A DNA stretch of 63,516 nt, filler included, from Dimargaris cristalligena (GCA_003614675.1; 15 parts of 15 records of this genome joined end to end with filler, not necessarily neighbours in it), one strand, 5' to 3'; counted from the first letter of the whole stretch, positions 46,794-60,177 are shown. Numbers and translations: made by a program. The notes: generated from the letters alone by a model not told the origin.

Positions 46794-48426
46794 NNNNNNN
46801 NNNNNNNNNNNNNNNNNNNNNNNNNNNNNNNNNNNNNTTAATTAATTAANNNNNNNNNNNNNNNNNNNNNNNNNNNNNNNNNNNNNNNNNNNNTAATATA
46901 GTGACAAGTATTGATAAACAGGGGAGCTTCTGTGACAGACAATGTCCTGTTGCAGATTTTTATATATTTCATGTAAATGGATGAATGTAGCCCCAGTTTT
47001 TAGTTTGTATTTTTTTTAGTGAATACTTATCATTATGGATAATTCGCCAAAAAAACAAGAGCAGATCACTAGCGGCTTAGTTTTCAATCGGCGCCTCTGA
47101 AGTTAGACAGCTTTGGCGGCGATGAACAGGAAGCGGTCTTTTGTGTTGCCGTTTCTCCATAGATGTGTGTTGTGTCACACCCGGTAACATTAAAGTGGTT
47201 ACAGCTGAGAATGCACTTAGTCCTATGATTCGTGTAATACCCAATTGGCCATGAGTTTGGGATCAATGCCGAGAAAACGACGGGGGTCGGGGGTGTATTA
47301 TCTTTTCCAACTAGGTGCTACGAACATGGCTTAGTGGTGTCGGCCACATTGTTATATAGGTAAGCAACCTATTCCCTGTATCTATAGATAAATCTAGCTG
47401 TACGCGACTACCAATCCATAAATGGCTAAACATTATCCCAGCCGCAATGAGGCGGACCAAAAAAGGAAAACAATGCACTATTCACTCATTTGGTTAAACA
47501 GCGCGCAATTAAAAGTACAAGTGGCCCGAAAAAGGCCAGTTTGCCGTTGAACTGTCCTACATACCAACTCCAATACTATAGCCAGGCAAGTTAAGTCTGA
47601 TGACAAACCACTCCAACGGCAGAATTACCCAGCTGCCAAGTTTGAACTCTCGGCTTACTGGAGAAGCGACTAATTAGGTTAAAGTAAACTAGCCCCGTGT
47701 ATCTTGGCCATATTGCAACCACGCTCTGTCTATTTTAATATTATGCTTATGAGTATTTTCGAAACTAGTCATAGTACTAAAAGAAGGAGCATTCACATTT
47801 TCACTTCAACTTATGTAGCATGACCAGCATTTTTATTGTTTTGATTAGATCGTCTGGTCGAGCCTGTCCATTAAAAAATAATCATTATCGTTTTATAATC
47901 ATCGATTAAAACGCTTTAGAAGTTGTAGGAGAGCCGGTGAAAAAAAATATGAAAGGGATTGATGGAGTAACGCAATAGACCAGAGACGAATAAAAATACC
48001 CCCTCATGGCGATGGATACAGGGAGGTATTTAATGGACAGGTCGGTGCCAAACCACAAAGAGAGGCTAGAAGCTAGTGCTATGTACTATGCAGGGTCACA
48101 CATGTCCACTCCCTTTCATATACATTTTTTTCACTGAAAACTACGAAGTCGCCCGCGTAAGCCCGATTGAGTCGGTGGTTACGTACCACAACTTGCCCTT
48201 ATTATAATATTTATATGGCAAGTCTTGCCTCCTCATATCTATTGTGATTTATTAAACCAATTTTTGAGCTTCTATTATTGTTCGGCATTCAACTGCCTGC
48301 CCCAACATTATCCAAAGTACGCGGGCAGCTCAGCTTCTCATGCCTAGTGGTTTGGCTTAGCTCCATTAATACATTTTCATTTTCATTTTCACCTTTACCT
48401 TCATTACCTTCGATATTTTTAGTACA

Positions 48427-50004
48427 ATGCTGGCTGTTACCAGTGGCAAGATCCAATTGGTCATCATTGTTCTGTTGAGCTGTTGGGTAGCCAGTGCAGT
48501 GAACACTGTTCCCGGATCCGCAGCAAATCGCGAACTCTCCTATGAGGAAGCTATCCATTTGTTGTATGCCTGCCTCCCGGATGAACACTACGTGCTGTCC
48601 CCAAACCGTGGGCTTGGCCTAGGCCATTCTCCTACGTCGATTAATCCCACGGCGGGGCGCCAATTCGCCAATATAGAGGAGGGCCAGGCCGACGTCTCTT
48701 TCATTCCACCGCCGGATGGCCCTACTGGCGGCGGCGACGTTCAGTTCGCGGCATTAGGCGATGGATACCAGGTACAATGGACAGGTTCCTATTCCGCTAC
48801 TAATAGCCCACCATCGTACTACCCATTCAGTCAAGAGCACCCGACCGGTTGGGCCGAACTACATCTGGACAACTCGTCAGGATACTCAAGCTATAGTGGT
48901 CCTAATACATCCGGACCCATTTCTAGCCAGTATCAGCAACCACCTTCGAGGCGGTCCACGGGGGATGAAAATACGATCCAAAAAGAATATATGTTCAGCG
49001 ACGACCAATCCAATACCAGTTCCTCCACCCGGCAGAGCCACCGTGTATTTTTACACAGCGACACCGATGAGCAGTCGGGAAAGAGTGGGTTTACACCCCA
49101 GCACCCCTTAGGTAAAGCTATTTCAAAACGCCGACCAACTAAACCGCGACGACCCCGACCTGGACAATCGACCTTTCGTCTGGAGGGTTCCTCAAGTACC
49201 TCAGCGACTCATGCCGTCGCTGGGGATAGCCTGGCTGCTATTTCATCTCCCCGCCTAAGAGGAGAAAATATTGATATCAGTATTTGCGATCCCCCTAGCC
49301 CGCTTGTCGACAGAGATACAGTTACAGATCAGAGAGTGAACCCCAGTTTTCGCCTCGTTAATGCCACTTCTTCACGGACTGGAACAGTAGTAGGAAATTA
49401 CATTTCAAGTTCTTTATCGTTCCCAGAGTCAGTTGCGATTTGCCATAAATTGTCTAGAGAAATACGCTCAGTCACTCCACCGTCTGCTCCTAAGGACCTG
49501 TATCTGTCCAAAGAATTACTGGTGGGTAATAGCGATAGGTTTCGGAAAAAAATTGAGTTGTCACTATCGGCTGTCCCAATCAACAATGGGTTGTCCGAAT
49601 CGGATGGTCGCATGGTCCAGGCGGAGCCAGAATCCTCAGAGAAAGATCGACTCGCAGCATTCGACAAGAAGCTATCTCGAATAATCAAAGGGATTTCTGC
49701 CAAACCCGGGCCGTATTTCATTTACGCTATGGATTGGGACGCGGAAACAGAGAAGGTAACGGCTACCTACTTGACCAGCTCGACCGGTTACGACTGCCAA
49801 AAACTTGCGCATATTAGAGAAAGTGCTTCCTCAAATGCAACTATTTACAAGCTTCCAGTGTTTGCTAGCTTCAATCATATTCACCAAATAGTAGAATCCC
49901 TTCGTCAAAAAAGTACGGCCAGGTTGCGGAAGTTGATACTCGATCGGGAAACGGTTCTGTTAGGCCAGACTCAGTATACGTTTGTTTCCGTATCCCGAGT
50001 GTAG
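48427..50004 (+). CDS. Orphan secreted protein (525 aa)
   Basis: Long intronless CpG-rich ORF. Signal-like N-terminus (KIQLVIIVLLSCWVASA), Ser/Pro-rich middle, basic KRRPTKPRRPR patch, globular-looking C-terminus. No family recognised. Confidence 0.75.
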   Translation: MLAVTSGKIQLVIIVLLSCWVASAVNTVPGSAANRELSYEEAIHLLYACLPDEHYVLSPNRGLGLGHSPTSINPTAGRQFANIEEGQADVSFIPPPDGPTGGGDVQFAALGDGYQVQWTGSYSATNSPPSYYPFSQEHPTGWAELHLDNSSGYSSYSGPNTSGPISSQYQQPPSRRSTGDENTIQKEYMFSDDQSNTSSSTRQSHRVFLHSDTDEQSGKSGFTPQHPLGKAISKRRPTKPRRPRPGQSTFRLEGSSSTSATHAVAGDSLAAISSPRLRGENIDISICDPPSPLVDRDTVTDQRVNPSFRLVNATSSRTGTVVGNYISSSLSFPESVAICHKLSREIRSVTPPSAPKDLYLSKELLVGNSDRFRKKIELSLSAVPINNGLSESDGRMVQAEPESSEKDRLAAFDKKLSRIIKGISAKPGPYFIYAMDWDAETEKVTATYLTSSTGYDCQKLAHIRESASSNATIYKLPVFASFNHIHQIVESLRQKSTARLRKLILDRETVLLGQTQYTFVSVSRV

Positions 50005-51076
50005 TATTACGAACCAATATTACCTATTTTAATCAACCCCCTCTTTACTTACAATTAACTATTATTCAAATGGTGTATTATTGTGTTTAACCACTGATTG
50101 GGAGAAGGCCGATATTCCTCGAGAGTGTCGTTATACAATCTACCCAACTCTACGAATGAAGTGCTGGAAATCGACGACCAAAAGTGATATACACTTTCCA
50201 CATTCCCGCCTTGCCTTTCCACTGGCCGTTACCAGCAGTTTATATTCCCACTTTCGGTATTAACATTCTGGTATCAAGTTATCCCAACTGACGTGGTACA
50301 TCTTTCCATAAAATCCTTTAGTGTGGCCCTGGCTTCACACCAATTCCAATATAGAAAGGCATGGTCACTCCAATTGATAGTTTTTTAGCCAATTAGGCAT
50401 CATTGTCGTATATGTCGTGTAAGGTAATCGGTATTATTAAGACTATACTCTAGTCCTAGCTGTACTGTGTACAAGGCTTTATTAGACCATATTGTTATTC
50501 CCATAAAAATACCTTTCACAGCACTCTAATACCTAAACTGCCCAACATTCAAAAGCGTCTACTGCTACTCTTCACCATTGGTCGGACAATTATTATTGTT
50601 ATCAGTGGACATCTTCCCGTACCACCAGTCTCATTCCTAGGACAGCTGTTTAATGATGCCCCTTTCACTTTAATTACAGAGGCTTAGTGTACGCCCAGCC
50701 AGTGCCATTAATAAAGTTGGATTGCCCGCCCACCCATATGTCCAGTTTATGCTAGCATTGAGTGTTTTGCTTTGAATACCACCACCAAATGGGACAAATT
50801 TGCATTGGTGGGCGGACCCCCGCTGCCACCTGTTGATTTTGGCCTTTGTTTAAGTCGTTTTTCGTACATATGATGCCACCCAAATAAATTAGAGAAAGCT
50901 GCTGAACAATCCCGGTCTAATATGCGAACCTCGTGGACGGCATGTCAGTGGCTCGACCACCCTAGGGCTGGGAGAANNNNNNNNNNNNNNNNNNNNNNNN
51001 NNNNNNNNNNNNNNNNNNNNTTAATTAATTAANNNNNNNNNNNNNNNNNNNNNNNNNNNNNNNNNNNNNNNNNNNN

Positions 51077-53855
51077 ACATCTCCTTCAAGAACCTTGTCC
51101 GCCATGGCCTCCTCAAGGGTGGCTTCGGACTGTTGAATACCTACCGAATCGAGCAGTTTATCAGCCCACCGGCGTTGCTGGATCCGTTCGCGTTCCCATT
51201 GGTAGCAGTTGCCACGCAGCCTAATTAAAAACCGATGGAGAGTTCCTTGGAACTTCTGGCGAAAGTCCGAGGAGGTATTGTTGAGATTGGCCAGGATCAA
51301 GGCCCGGAGCCAGGTCAGTTCCAGGGAGGTAATGGGCTGAGTGGCCTTGCGGGCCTCGCAAAGGAGACCTACAAGGTCGAGGCGGACATTGTTGTCCTGG
51401 TGGTGCAAAGCGGCCTGGAACTGCTCTTCCGTCAGGCCCACGGGTGCCGCGGCCATGGCGGACAAGGTTCTTGAAGGAGATGTGGGGGATTTGACATCTG
51501 GTTCCGGCCAACCCAGGGCTTTTGTGGTTTTGTGGATGGCCAGGAGGGCATGGAGATTGAATTCGGACGAAGCCGAGTTCATCGTACAGGTCTGGAGTGG
51601 CCCAACGATCAGGGGCAATGCATCGGGGAATAGTCGCAGCAACGTGGGCAGTACCAGTGCCGCAACACTTTTCCGGGTAGCCGGGTTCGAAGAGCGAAGT
51701 GACTCCCGGTAGGCTTCGGCCCACATGTTCAACCATTGGGCACGGGAGAGACTGGGCAGGTCGCCATTGCATCCGTAATCGGAACTGCCCCGCTTCAGCA
51801 TTGTGAGGTGAAGCTCCACAACACGAGGTCGCAGTAGATTGTCACTGATCATTTCGAGGGAGTAGACTAATATACGGGGCTGCCGGGAAAAAATGTCGAC
51901 ATTGCCGATGCGACAAGCAATGCTCGAGAGAAGTGGGTATTTGGCCCTTTGATCCCAACGCATCCCCAAAATACGGTCGAGTAGTTGGTGGGTAAAGGGT
52001 GCCGACATGGCGCCTTGGAAATCGGGCAATTCGCAGATGTCCATGATGGTATCGAAAATGGTGTTCACCTAGGTCGATTTTGAAAATATAAAGTAAAAGA
52101 TACATTGGCACAAATATATAGAGGTGATTAGTAAGTACCACTTAGCTTAATTAAATAGGCCTTCTAAACTTAATAAGATCCAATAGCATCTATGGAAAAC
52201 CGTCCTTAAATTTCAATCTGGAAGGGCAATACACAGTATAATTAAACCAATTATTGAAATATACAAAAAGAAGGCAGTACTGGTAGGATTAAACATACCT
52301 TATGGCGGATGGCATCGACGGGGTCGTCCCAGTGGTTCCAGACATGTTTAAGCATGGACTCCAGCACAGCAGAGTCGGTAGCGAAACTGCTGAATACCTC
52401 TTTTTCGGCTGGGGATATTTGGGAGGCACTGCCGGTTATGGACGAATCCGCCGCCAGCATAACCAAACCATCTTTAATGCGCTGAATCCAGAGTGCGAGG
52501 GACTCAAAGACAAGGACCCGGTCTTGGAAATCAGAGCTAATTCCGTGGGCGAACTGCAAATAGGTAAAGAGGACTTGGAGCAAGGGCCGGTGGGCTGGTT
52601 TGGCAGAATGGGGGCCATCGATCAACAACGACATGGATACCAGGGTCTTGGTTTCCGTATATACCAGGCAGCCTCGGATCGTGCAAAGGTTTGCCATACG
52701 CTTTTGCAGACAGGCTATACTGGGATCAGTGGTATTATTGACGCGGCCTAGCTCCTCGAACGATAATTCAATCGTGCTGTCAGGCGTAACCTGAGGCCCT
52801 TGGATATGTTGGGCGAGGCCCATGACCAGGCCAGCGGCCTGGGATACATCCAATGTATAGATGTGGCAGTTACCCACCAGAGCCTGGCATAAGCAATGTA
52901 CCGCCCTTGCTACGGTGCCCTCGGGATGCTCGGGATGACTTGGCTGTAACATTAACAGATTTGCCAAGGATTTCCGAATGGTGTCGGACACGGGGGTTGC
53001 GCCGAGTCGACGGTAAGAACCAGGATGGGTGGTTAAAATCACCTGGAGGGTACGGGTTAACGATCGCAAATAGTCCAATTGTCCGGTTAATACCGGAATC
53101 GGGGAAAAGGTTTCGGTATCCCCGGTGGAATGCGACATAACATTTAAATTCAAGGAAGCGGCCACCCGGATGCAGTCCCCGATCACACTGGTCAATGTTT
53201 CAACAAAGACGGCTTCCACGGCGTGCTGGCCAGCGGCGAATTCGCACAGAGTATGGATCACTTCGGGCCGACGGGTCGCCGGCAAGGACGGAAATTCCCT
53301 TTCCGAGAGTGTCAGAGACTCCAGATTTCCCTGATCATTGCAGTCATTAAGTGACGCCAAAAGATCTTGCTGGATCCGGGCCGAGACGGTTTCCAACAGT
53401 GGGGTGGTAGCCAGGTTCAACTCTAGAGCCCCTAATAGTCGCTCACAAGCCGTCAACACAGCCACACAGTGGCGCCGGGGAACGACGTCTCCAGCCAAAA
53501 AAAGGCAGCGTACCAGGACCGGAACCAATACCTCCGTCAATAAATGCACAAGGGTAGCGTCGATGGCGGAGTCAGATCCCAGGAAGGGTAACTTGGTCGC
53601 TTGGTTGAGGAGCGCCTCGAGTTGTTTGAGAACGCGACTTTGGCGGTCCCAGCCGACGTCGGCGGCAGTGATGAGCTGGGTCAACAGACTCACTAACGAA
53701 GCAACGAGTCGCCCAGTGGGATGCCCGGCAATCGGCTTGAGACTAGGAGATATGCTCTCCAAAGGCGCGGCCCATTGGGCCCGAAGGGAATCAGTAGCGA
53801 TGGCAGCCTTCATTCCCTTATCGCGCTTTTGTTTGGACTTGTTTTTACTGCTCAT
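51077..53855 (-). CDS. THADA: THADA/Trm732-like armadillo-repeat protein, 5' part (exons 53855-52299 and 52068 to contig end)
   Basis: VWNHWDDPVDAIRHK|VNTIF joined by a GTATGT..CCTAG intron with a TACTAAT branch site. Also W..RAKY..L, ALHH.D..VRLD..GLLCE..K and NLN..SSDFRQ. The terminal ~33 nt look chimeric. Confidence 0.82.
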
Positions 53856-54426
53856 GTTGTTAACTCGGCAGGGGGAAACGGGATAGGATAGTATGGTATG
53901 GTTTACAGAAGTTCAAAGGCAACTCGGTATGAAATACGTTGGTGAATAAGAAGAAATTGAGAAATAGGCAATGAGGCTAAACCCGGTCAGCCCCGCATAC
54001 ACAACAGTAATGGGGCAACGGGAAGAAAGATAAAAAGGAACAGAGAGCGGATAATTACTTAATTGTCTTATAAGCCTTCCCCACTATTCCAGACGACGCA
54101 TTTTCAATGACTCTGATTGAGTCGCCCAAGGTCCCCTCCATTGGCAACAGAAATCAAGAGGTAACACAAAAGAGTGGCCTTCAGTGGCTTGTCCAATGCA
54201 GCCAATGGGCAAGAAAGGGGTTGGGGAGGAAATTGAACTCCCTAATGACCCATCCCAACATTACAAAAAGACCATATCACCCAACTATATATATACTTCT
54301 CATTTACAGGGTTTTATCCCACTTATCCATTTGAGCCACAGAATAATGTCAGGGCGCAGAGCTGGGATATGGGCAAAACTATATTTTAAATAATATCAAG
54401 CAGAATGGACAATAAGTGGAAGATTG

Positions 54427-54560
54427 TGCATGAAAATCATTACGGCTATACGTGCAAAATGGTATATATCGGCAAATATAAGGAGTATTCATTTTTAACC
54501 AGTAGTCTGTGCCTCATTCAACGAGTTTCTCGGAATATAGCCCGTGTTAACCCCTATCAT
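54427..54560. mobile_element. Degenerate MITE copy (136-bp family)
   Basis: Internal TTCATTTTTAACCAGTAGT..TGCCTCATTCAA matches the family. TIRs are eroded. Confidence 0.45.
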
Positions 54561-55259
54561 TTGGATATTATGTTGTATCCAGGACATTCCAAAGGTTCCG
54601 ACATATTAGACTATTCAACGGGCATCTATTAGTGAAGCCAATGTTAATGCTGAACCAGCTGCGGCACTGGTAATTGACCAAAGAGTATAAGCTGATGAGC
54701 ATATAGTCAGGGTGGAACTCCCTCTAGCTGAAAACTACCCCATTCACTTATTAATTATATTCAATTGCTAGTATTCTCTTTCATCACTTCTCATTTCACT
54801 CATATAATAAATAGATTTTACTTAAAAATACTATAGCTATAGTTCACTCGCCAAATTCACTAAGCATCATAAACATATGGGTGAAGTACAATGTAACTAT
54901 ATAACGATTTGGATGAAAGTTCCAAATGATGTAGCAGTACTATTCTTTTATTGAAATGGAAGATAGGCACATTGGTGGGACTTTTTTTAAAATGAGGGAA
55001 AAATGATCACTGACCCTGTGATCAATTATAAGACCTATAGTAAATCTATAAATAATGAATCGGGAAAGTCAAAAAAAAAACTATACTATGTAAATTGATG
55101 CCTGGCAACCGGACTAGTGGCAAATTAGCTTTCTTTAACTACTATCCACTATTTTTCCANNNNNNNNNNNNNNNNNNNNNNNNNNNNNNNNNNNNNNNNN
55201 NNNTTAATTAATTAANNNNNNNNNNNNNNNNNNNNNNNNNNNNNNNNNNNNNNNNNNNN

Positions 55260-55316
55260 ATCGGTTGATTTAGTACTGAGGTGGGTGACCACTTGGGAAT
55301 AGTCAATGCTACAACT
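55260..55316 (+). rRNA. 5S rRNA gene, 3' half (truncated by contig edge)
   Basis: TTAGTACTGAGGTGGGTGACCACTTGGGAATA..TGCTACAACT matches the eukaryotic 5S IE/box C region and 3' stem, and is followed by an oligo-T Pol III terminator. Confidence 0.8.
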
Positions 55317-56151
55317 TTTTATATTCTGCAATATTATTACTACTCTATAAATTTTTAGGCTAGCCAAAGTTCAGATACACGTGTATTGTAATATGACTAT
55401 ACTGTAGTGTAAAGACCTCACTGTTTATAATAATCGATGGATACTATGCCCAAGGGGCGCCAGCACCATCGTTTTGTATGAGCCCCGATACTGATGGTGA
55501 TACTGCCACCAAGCTTTGGTCAGCAGGCAAAATCAGCGGGATCTGAGGTTGACTTCGTAACAAGGGGCTACTCTACGGATTTACCAGGGAATACATTCCT
55601 GAGGTTCTTTAAATCCCTTAGTCTATACGTTATCCTGACACGTTTGCTGCAACCCGTCCCACTCCCTAGTTGGCATACTGTTTAGCAGTACTATTTTTTT
55701 TTGTGATGTTTGCAAATAGGTTGTTTATTCCCTTGTTGACGTACCAGGGATGATCATACCATCAATGGATTCAAGTCATCCCAGCATTTCGCATAGTTTT
55801 ATATCATATTGACCACTTAACCATGTTCCAGAAGGCAGATTTCACTATAAATTCCCGACCAACCCCTTCTTTCTCTTCAAATATTATGGAGGGCTCTATA
55901 TTGGTAGCAATACCCTAATGCCTTATCATAGAGATGCAATTGTGTAAAGATTTGGGTATAATATAAAGGATACAAACTAGCTTTATTCATGGTATATTGA
56001 TTGATATCCATTTTATTTTTTGCCTTGATCAAGGGAGGGCGGTAACGAATTTTAAACTGGAAGTTAGGGGAAAGGAAATGCCCTTATTCAACATAGACGG
56101 GTCGGACGAGGTTTTCAACTCTGGTGTCGGGGTGGGGGGTGTTAAAGCCCA

Positions 56152-57333
56152 TTATTGTGCCATAGTGGCTACTAAAAGCTGGTCTCCGTGGGGAACCACC
56201 AAATCGGGCCGCATATGGAACTCATTAAAGCATTGCAATACATCTGGTTTATAGTTTTGCGTAGCGGTCTCGAGATTTAACCTACTTACATCAGATCCCG
56301 CAATGGAAACAATATCGAGGCAATCGACCTTGCCCACGGTCGGAACCGTTAGTCCGTTTGTCATTTGGACCACTAACTCACGGAATTCCGATTTATCTAA
56401 CGTGGTCAAGAACACTAGGGCCTGGCTCTGGATAATGATTGGGGTGGATGGCAGGCTATTGATCTTGAGGAGACCCCGCATAAAGGTTATAAATTCCGTC
56501 GGTTCGTTCAAATCGGCATAGGCCGCGAGTAAAACGGGGTTAAGGTGGGTCGTTATAAAGTCTTGGAGAAGGTTCCTTTGGATTTTAGCGACTTGATTTT
56601 CCCACGTCTGCTGCAATTGTTGTTGGGTGGCCATGGGCGAAAACAAGTCGGTGTTGGCGGAGTCGTCCTGGATACCGTTTTCCAGTTTGGTCAAATAGTC
56701 CAACAACTGCCGGAATGAATCCGGCGCTTGGTCAAAAAAGGCGGTACGTGTTGGCGAGTCCAATACCATCTGGCCAAACTGGGCATAGAATTTATACAAG
56801 CAATCGGTTTTACCGTTACGAACCCAACTGAGCAGGGGTTTTTGCGGGACATGCATCTGCCTAAATCCTACATACCCAAACTCACTTCCGGTGATGCTCG
56901 TGGTGGCCCTCTGCAGGGCATTTTCCCATTTGCTGTACTTGGGCCGTGCGTAGTTGGCGATCTCATTCGCCAGCCCGAGGACTTCCACATAGACCTTCAG
57001 GTCATCCTGGACTCTCTGAACTAGGTAGGCAGCATCTGCTACTGGGTTTTGGCCGAACTAAATATGTTGAGTCAAGACAAGATAGTAGCGGTAGGTCCGG
57101 GGCATTCATTAATATATAGTCGGGGTACATGTAGTTTATGAGAATACTCCCCGAGGGGATGAATATCGACCAAGTCTGCAATGCAAGGCACTTTATATAT
57201 ATGTAAATGGTCTGGTATGCGAGCTTACGTTTTGAAGGCCACATTCGAGATCCGAGCTGACGAAGTTGCCTAGGGGCTGTCCGGTGGCCACCAAGAACAG
57301 CGTGAAAGCGAGGCCAACTTTAATAAAGTACAT
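56152..57333 (-). CDS. Orphan secreted protein (exons 57333-57229 and 57057-56152; 336 aa)
   Basis: Exon 1 reads MYFIKVGLAFTLFLVATGQPL (signal peptide). A phase-0 GTAAGC..TTTAG intron joins it in frame to ORF 56152-56988. Confidence 0.75.
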
Positions 57334-59734
57334 TGGATGAGTTACTAACGTAAATAAATACAAAATAGCGGGATGGGCCTATTAGCTAGTTTGGGATTAA
57401 TTGGGATGGGTGAACATAGAACAGCAACAACAGGGAGGGTGATAATGGAGGCAGAATTCTCAGTGAAGTACAGTGATAATGTTCCAGGGTTGGCAACACT
57501 GGTGCTTTTTATATTCAACTTTCCAAAATTGGGGAGATAGCTGTGCTTGGGATTGGAGCGCTTATTTAGACCCAGGGCTTTTTTAAAACAAAAAAAGGGG
57601 TTTTTTTTTGGCTGACCAGTTTCCGACTCAAAGGTCAACCTACTGTAGCGGCCATTTAAATGTAAGGCGTAAATCCCAATAACGGGAAACGGTGCCCGGT
57701 CTGTGGCTATGAAACTTGTACTACTTGGGGACTATGGGTCCTTTGAAGTCCAGGGCCAGAGGGAATTCTTTGCCTCTTCGCAATCTGATGGCCCTTTTTC
57801 TCTTTCGCCATGTCCCCTTTATAGATAGTTTCATGGGGGGAGTAGCCCGTAGGTAGGCTAGACTATTTATCCGACGGACGAACCATCAATCCTATAAAAA
57901 TAAAGATAAAAATGATATTTTATCCCCTCTTTTTAAAGGGCCCAGCAATCCCATACTGTAGTGGCTCCAATGCCTCAATTAGGACTTATTCTAAGATTAT
58001 AGCCATTTTCCAATCATATCATGCTGCACTCAAAGAAGCTCCTTGCACTCATCCGTCGGTTTATCTTTTCCACCAGTGCCCTCCCCTCCCCTCTCTTCCC
58101 TTCTTCCAACATTGCGACCATTACAAGGTTTTGTGTACTGGACTTGGACGGCGGATAAGAGTGATTGGCTACTGGCGGATCGAAACCACTCGAAGATCCC
58201 CCCGTTCGAAGTAGGCTTGTGGTACGCTCGTTATGCCAATATTGTTCGCCAATATCTCCTCTATCGTCGGAAATAGAAACCATATATGAGGGGCTCCTCG
58301 TCAAATAAATTGCATTTGTCTTTGTCCATTACCCCCCTCCCCTTCCCCTCCAGAATAATAATAATAATATTGGGCGAGACCATAACCCACTCATTACAGG
58401 GACATTTGGATAATTATTGCATGTATTGTAGAGCCGTATAAGCAGCTGCAATGTCTTGGATGCGAAAAACCACCTTTTCATTCTCCAGCTGGAGTACATA
58501 AAAAAACAGGCCTGGGTTGAGTATGCATTGGGGACTATTAAAAACGCCTCTCGTGACTCAGAATCTTCCGCCTCATTCTCGAAATGGCCGATAGACAGGG
58601 GACTCGAGAGGGGGGTTAGGCCCCCTGGTTACCCAAAATTTCGTTGGACAATTACCTCGTATTACCGATCCATTCTTTTCCACACCTAACAGCTACCACT
58701 TTTTTTTTGAAAGGTGTTAATATTACCCAATAGGATAGGTGGTGGTGACCAGATTTCTGGGCGACATGGCCATCCCGCTTCCCTTTTTCCATCTGCACCC
58801 CCACTGCCATTATTCCAAAAATGAAGGGGGTGAGAGCGGTGTGACGGTAAGACACACGGGTCTGTGTGTGGGAGATAAATGGCCTACTATTTTTCAAGTT
58901 GGTTGATATAGATGTCCACTGAAATTTGTCATTCAAAATCCCATTTTTCCTCCAACCCTTTTTCCCTATCCAACGGAGAACACATTCCAGCTGCCATACA
59001 CCCTGGACTAATTGCCGGGGTCGCTGGGTGACTATGTAATATAATTACATTTATTCGTTTAGAAGAGGGTGTAACTCTCTGTCCACCTCGCACAAAAGCC
59101 TTCGTTATAATACCCTCTCAATAACCTTTCTAGGTGAAATGTTCGGCACAGAATACTCAGCGTCATACGATCCATTCGCACAGTCAGATTTGATATATAA
59201 TGGCCCGTTCGAATGAAGATTAAAAGGGTAAAATTTCATCTACATGGGTGTCCAAGAGGGGAGGATGGGCAATTGTTATCAATATCGCCGCTACTCAGGT
59301 TTGCATATGTAATCCCTTAAATATAGCGACCATCTGCATNNNNNNNNNNNNNNNNNNNNNNNNNNNNNNNNNNNNNNNNNNNNTTAATTAATTAANNNNN
59401 NNNNNNNNNNNNNNNNNNNNNNNNNNNNNNNNNNNNNNNACAGGGGTTGTTGTTTTTGTCAGTAAGGAGGGGGGCCACAGGACAAGGTCACCACCAAGGC
59501 AGAAAAATAATAGTAGTAAAACTAAGCAACTAGCCTAACTAGCAGGGGAAGGGGCAGGTAGCCTAGAGGCCAGGGAGGAGGTCCAGATGGTTCCAGAGTC
59601 TTCATCAGGGAAGTCCAAGTTAGGCTGGCAGAGCCTCTCAATAAGGAGCAGGATAGCCAGCATGGGTTGCCAGTAGGCACAAGGATACTTAGAGGACTTG
59701 GGCAAGGAGGAAAGGGCATGGTCTAGGGGGTTTA

Positions 59735-59807
59735 GGGGGTCTAGCTCAAATGGGAGAGCACTCGCTTAGCATGCGAGAGGCACAGGGATTGATACCCTGG
59801 TCCTCCA
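59735..59807 (+). tRNA. tRNA-Ala (AGC), possibly a pseudogene
   Basis: Cloverleaf with G3:U70, D-arm GCTC/GAGC, anticodon arm CTCGC-TTAGCAT-GCGAG and T-arm CAGGG/CCCTG. The T-loop is ATTGATA (C56>T) and the acceptor stem has one T:T mismatch. Confidence 0.85.
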
Positions 59808-60049
59808 TTTCCTTTTTGTGCTATTTTTTGGTCGGGGGCAGGGGAGGGCACACTTTTATGACATATTGTGTTTTTCCTTCTATTATCATTAATAGATGTT
59901 GTCGACATTTTGTTATTTATTGGGGATACTTATTTTACCCAATGGACAAGTCCATGGCCTATAATAACCGAAAAGTCATCATGCATATGTGTAAAGAACA
60001 CGGCAGACAAATTTTGATAGTAAAAATAGAATAAACTAATAGGGTCGGA

Positions 60050-60156
60050 TAGTAGGAAGGAATAAAAGAAGGAGAAAGATAGAGAAAACAATTTTTGCAT
60101 GAAAATTTTTTCTTTCCCCTCTATTAACATAATATGTTTAAAAAAACGAATTTTTT
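60050..60156. repeat. Repeat family D copy
   Basis: Similar to 4342-4446 and 61250-61385. Confidence 0.6.
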
Positions 60157-60177
60157 GGATATATCAAATGTGGCCCT

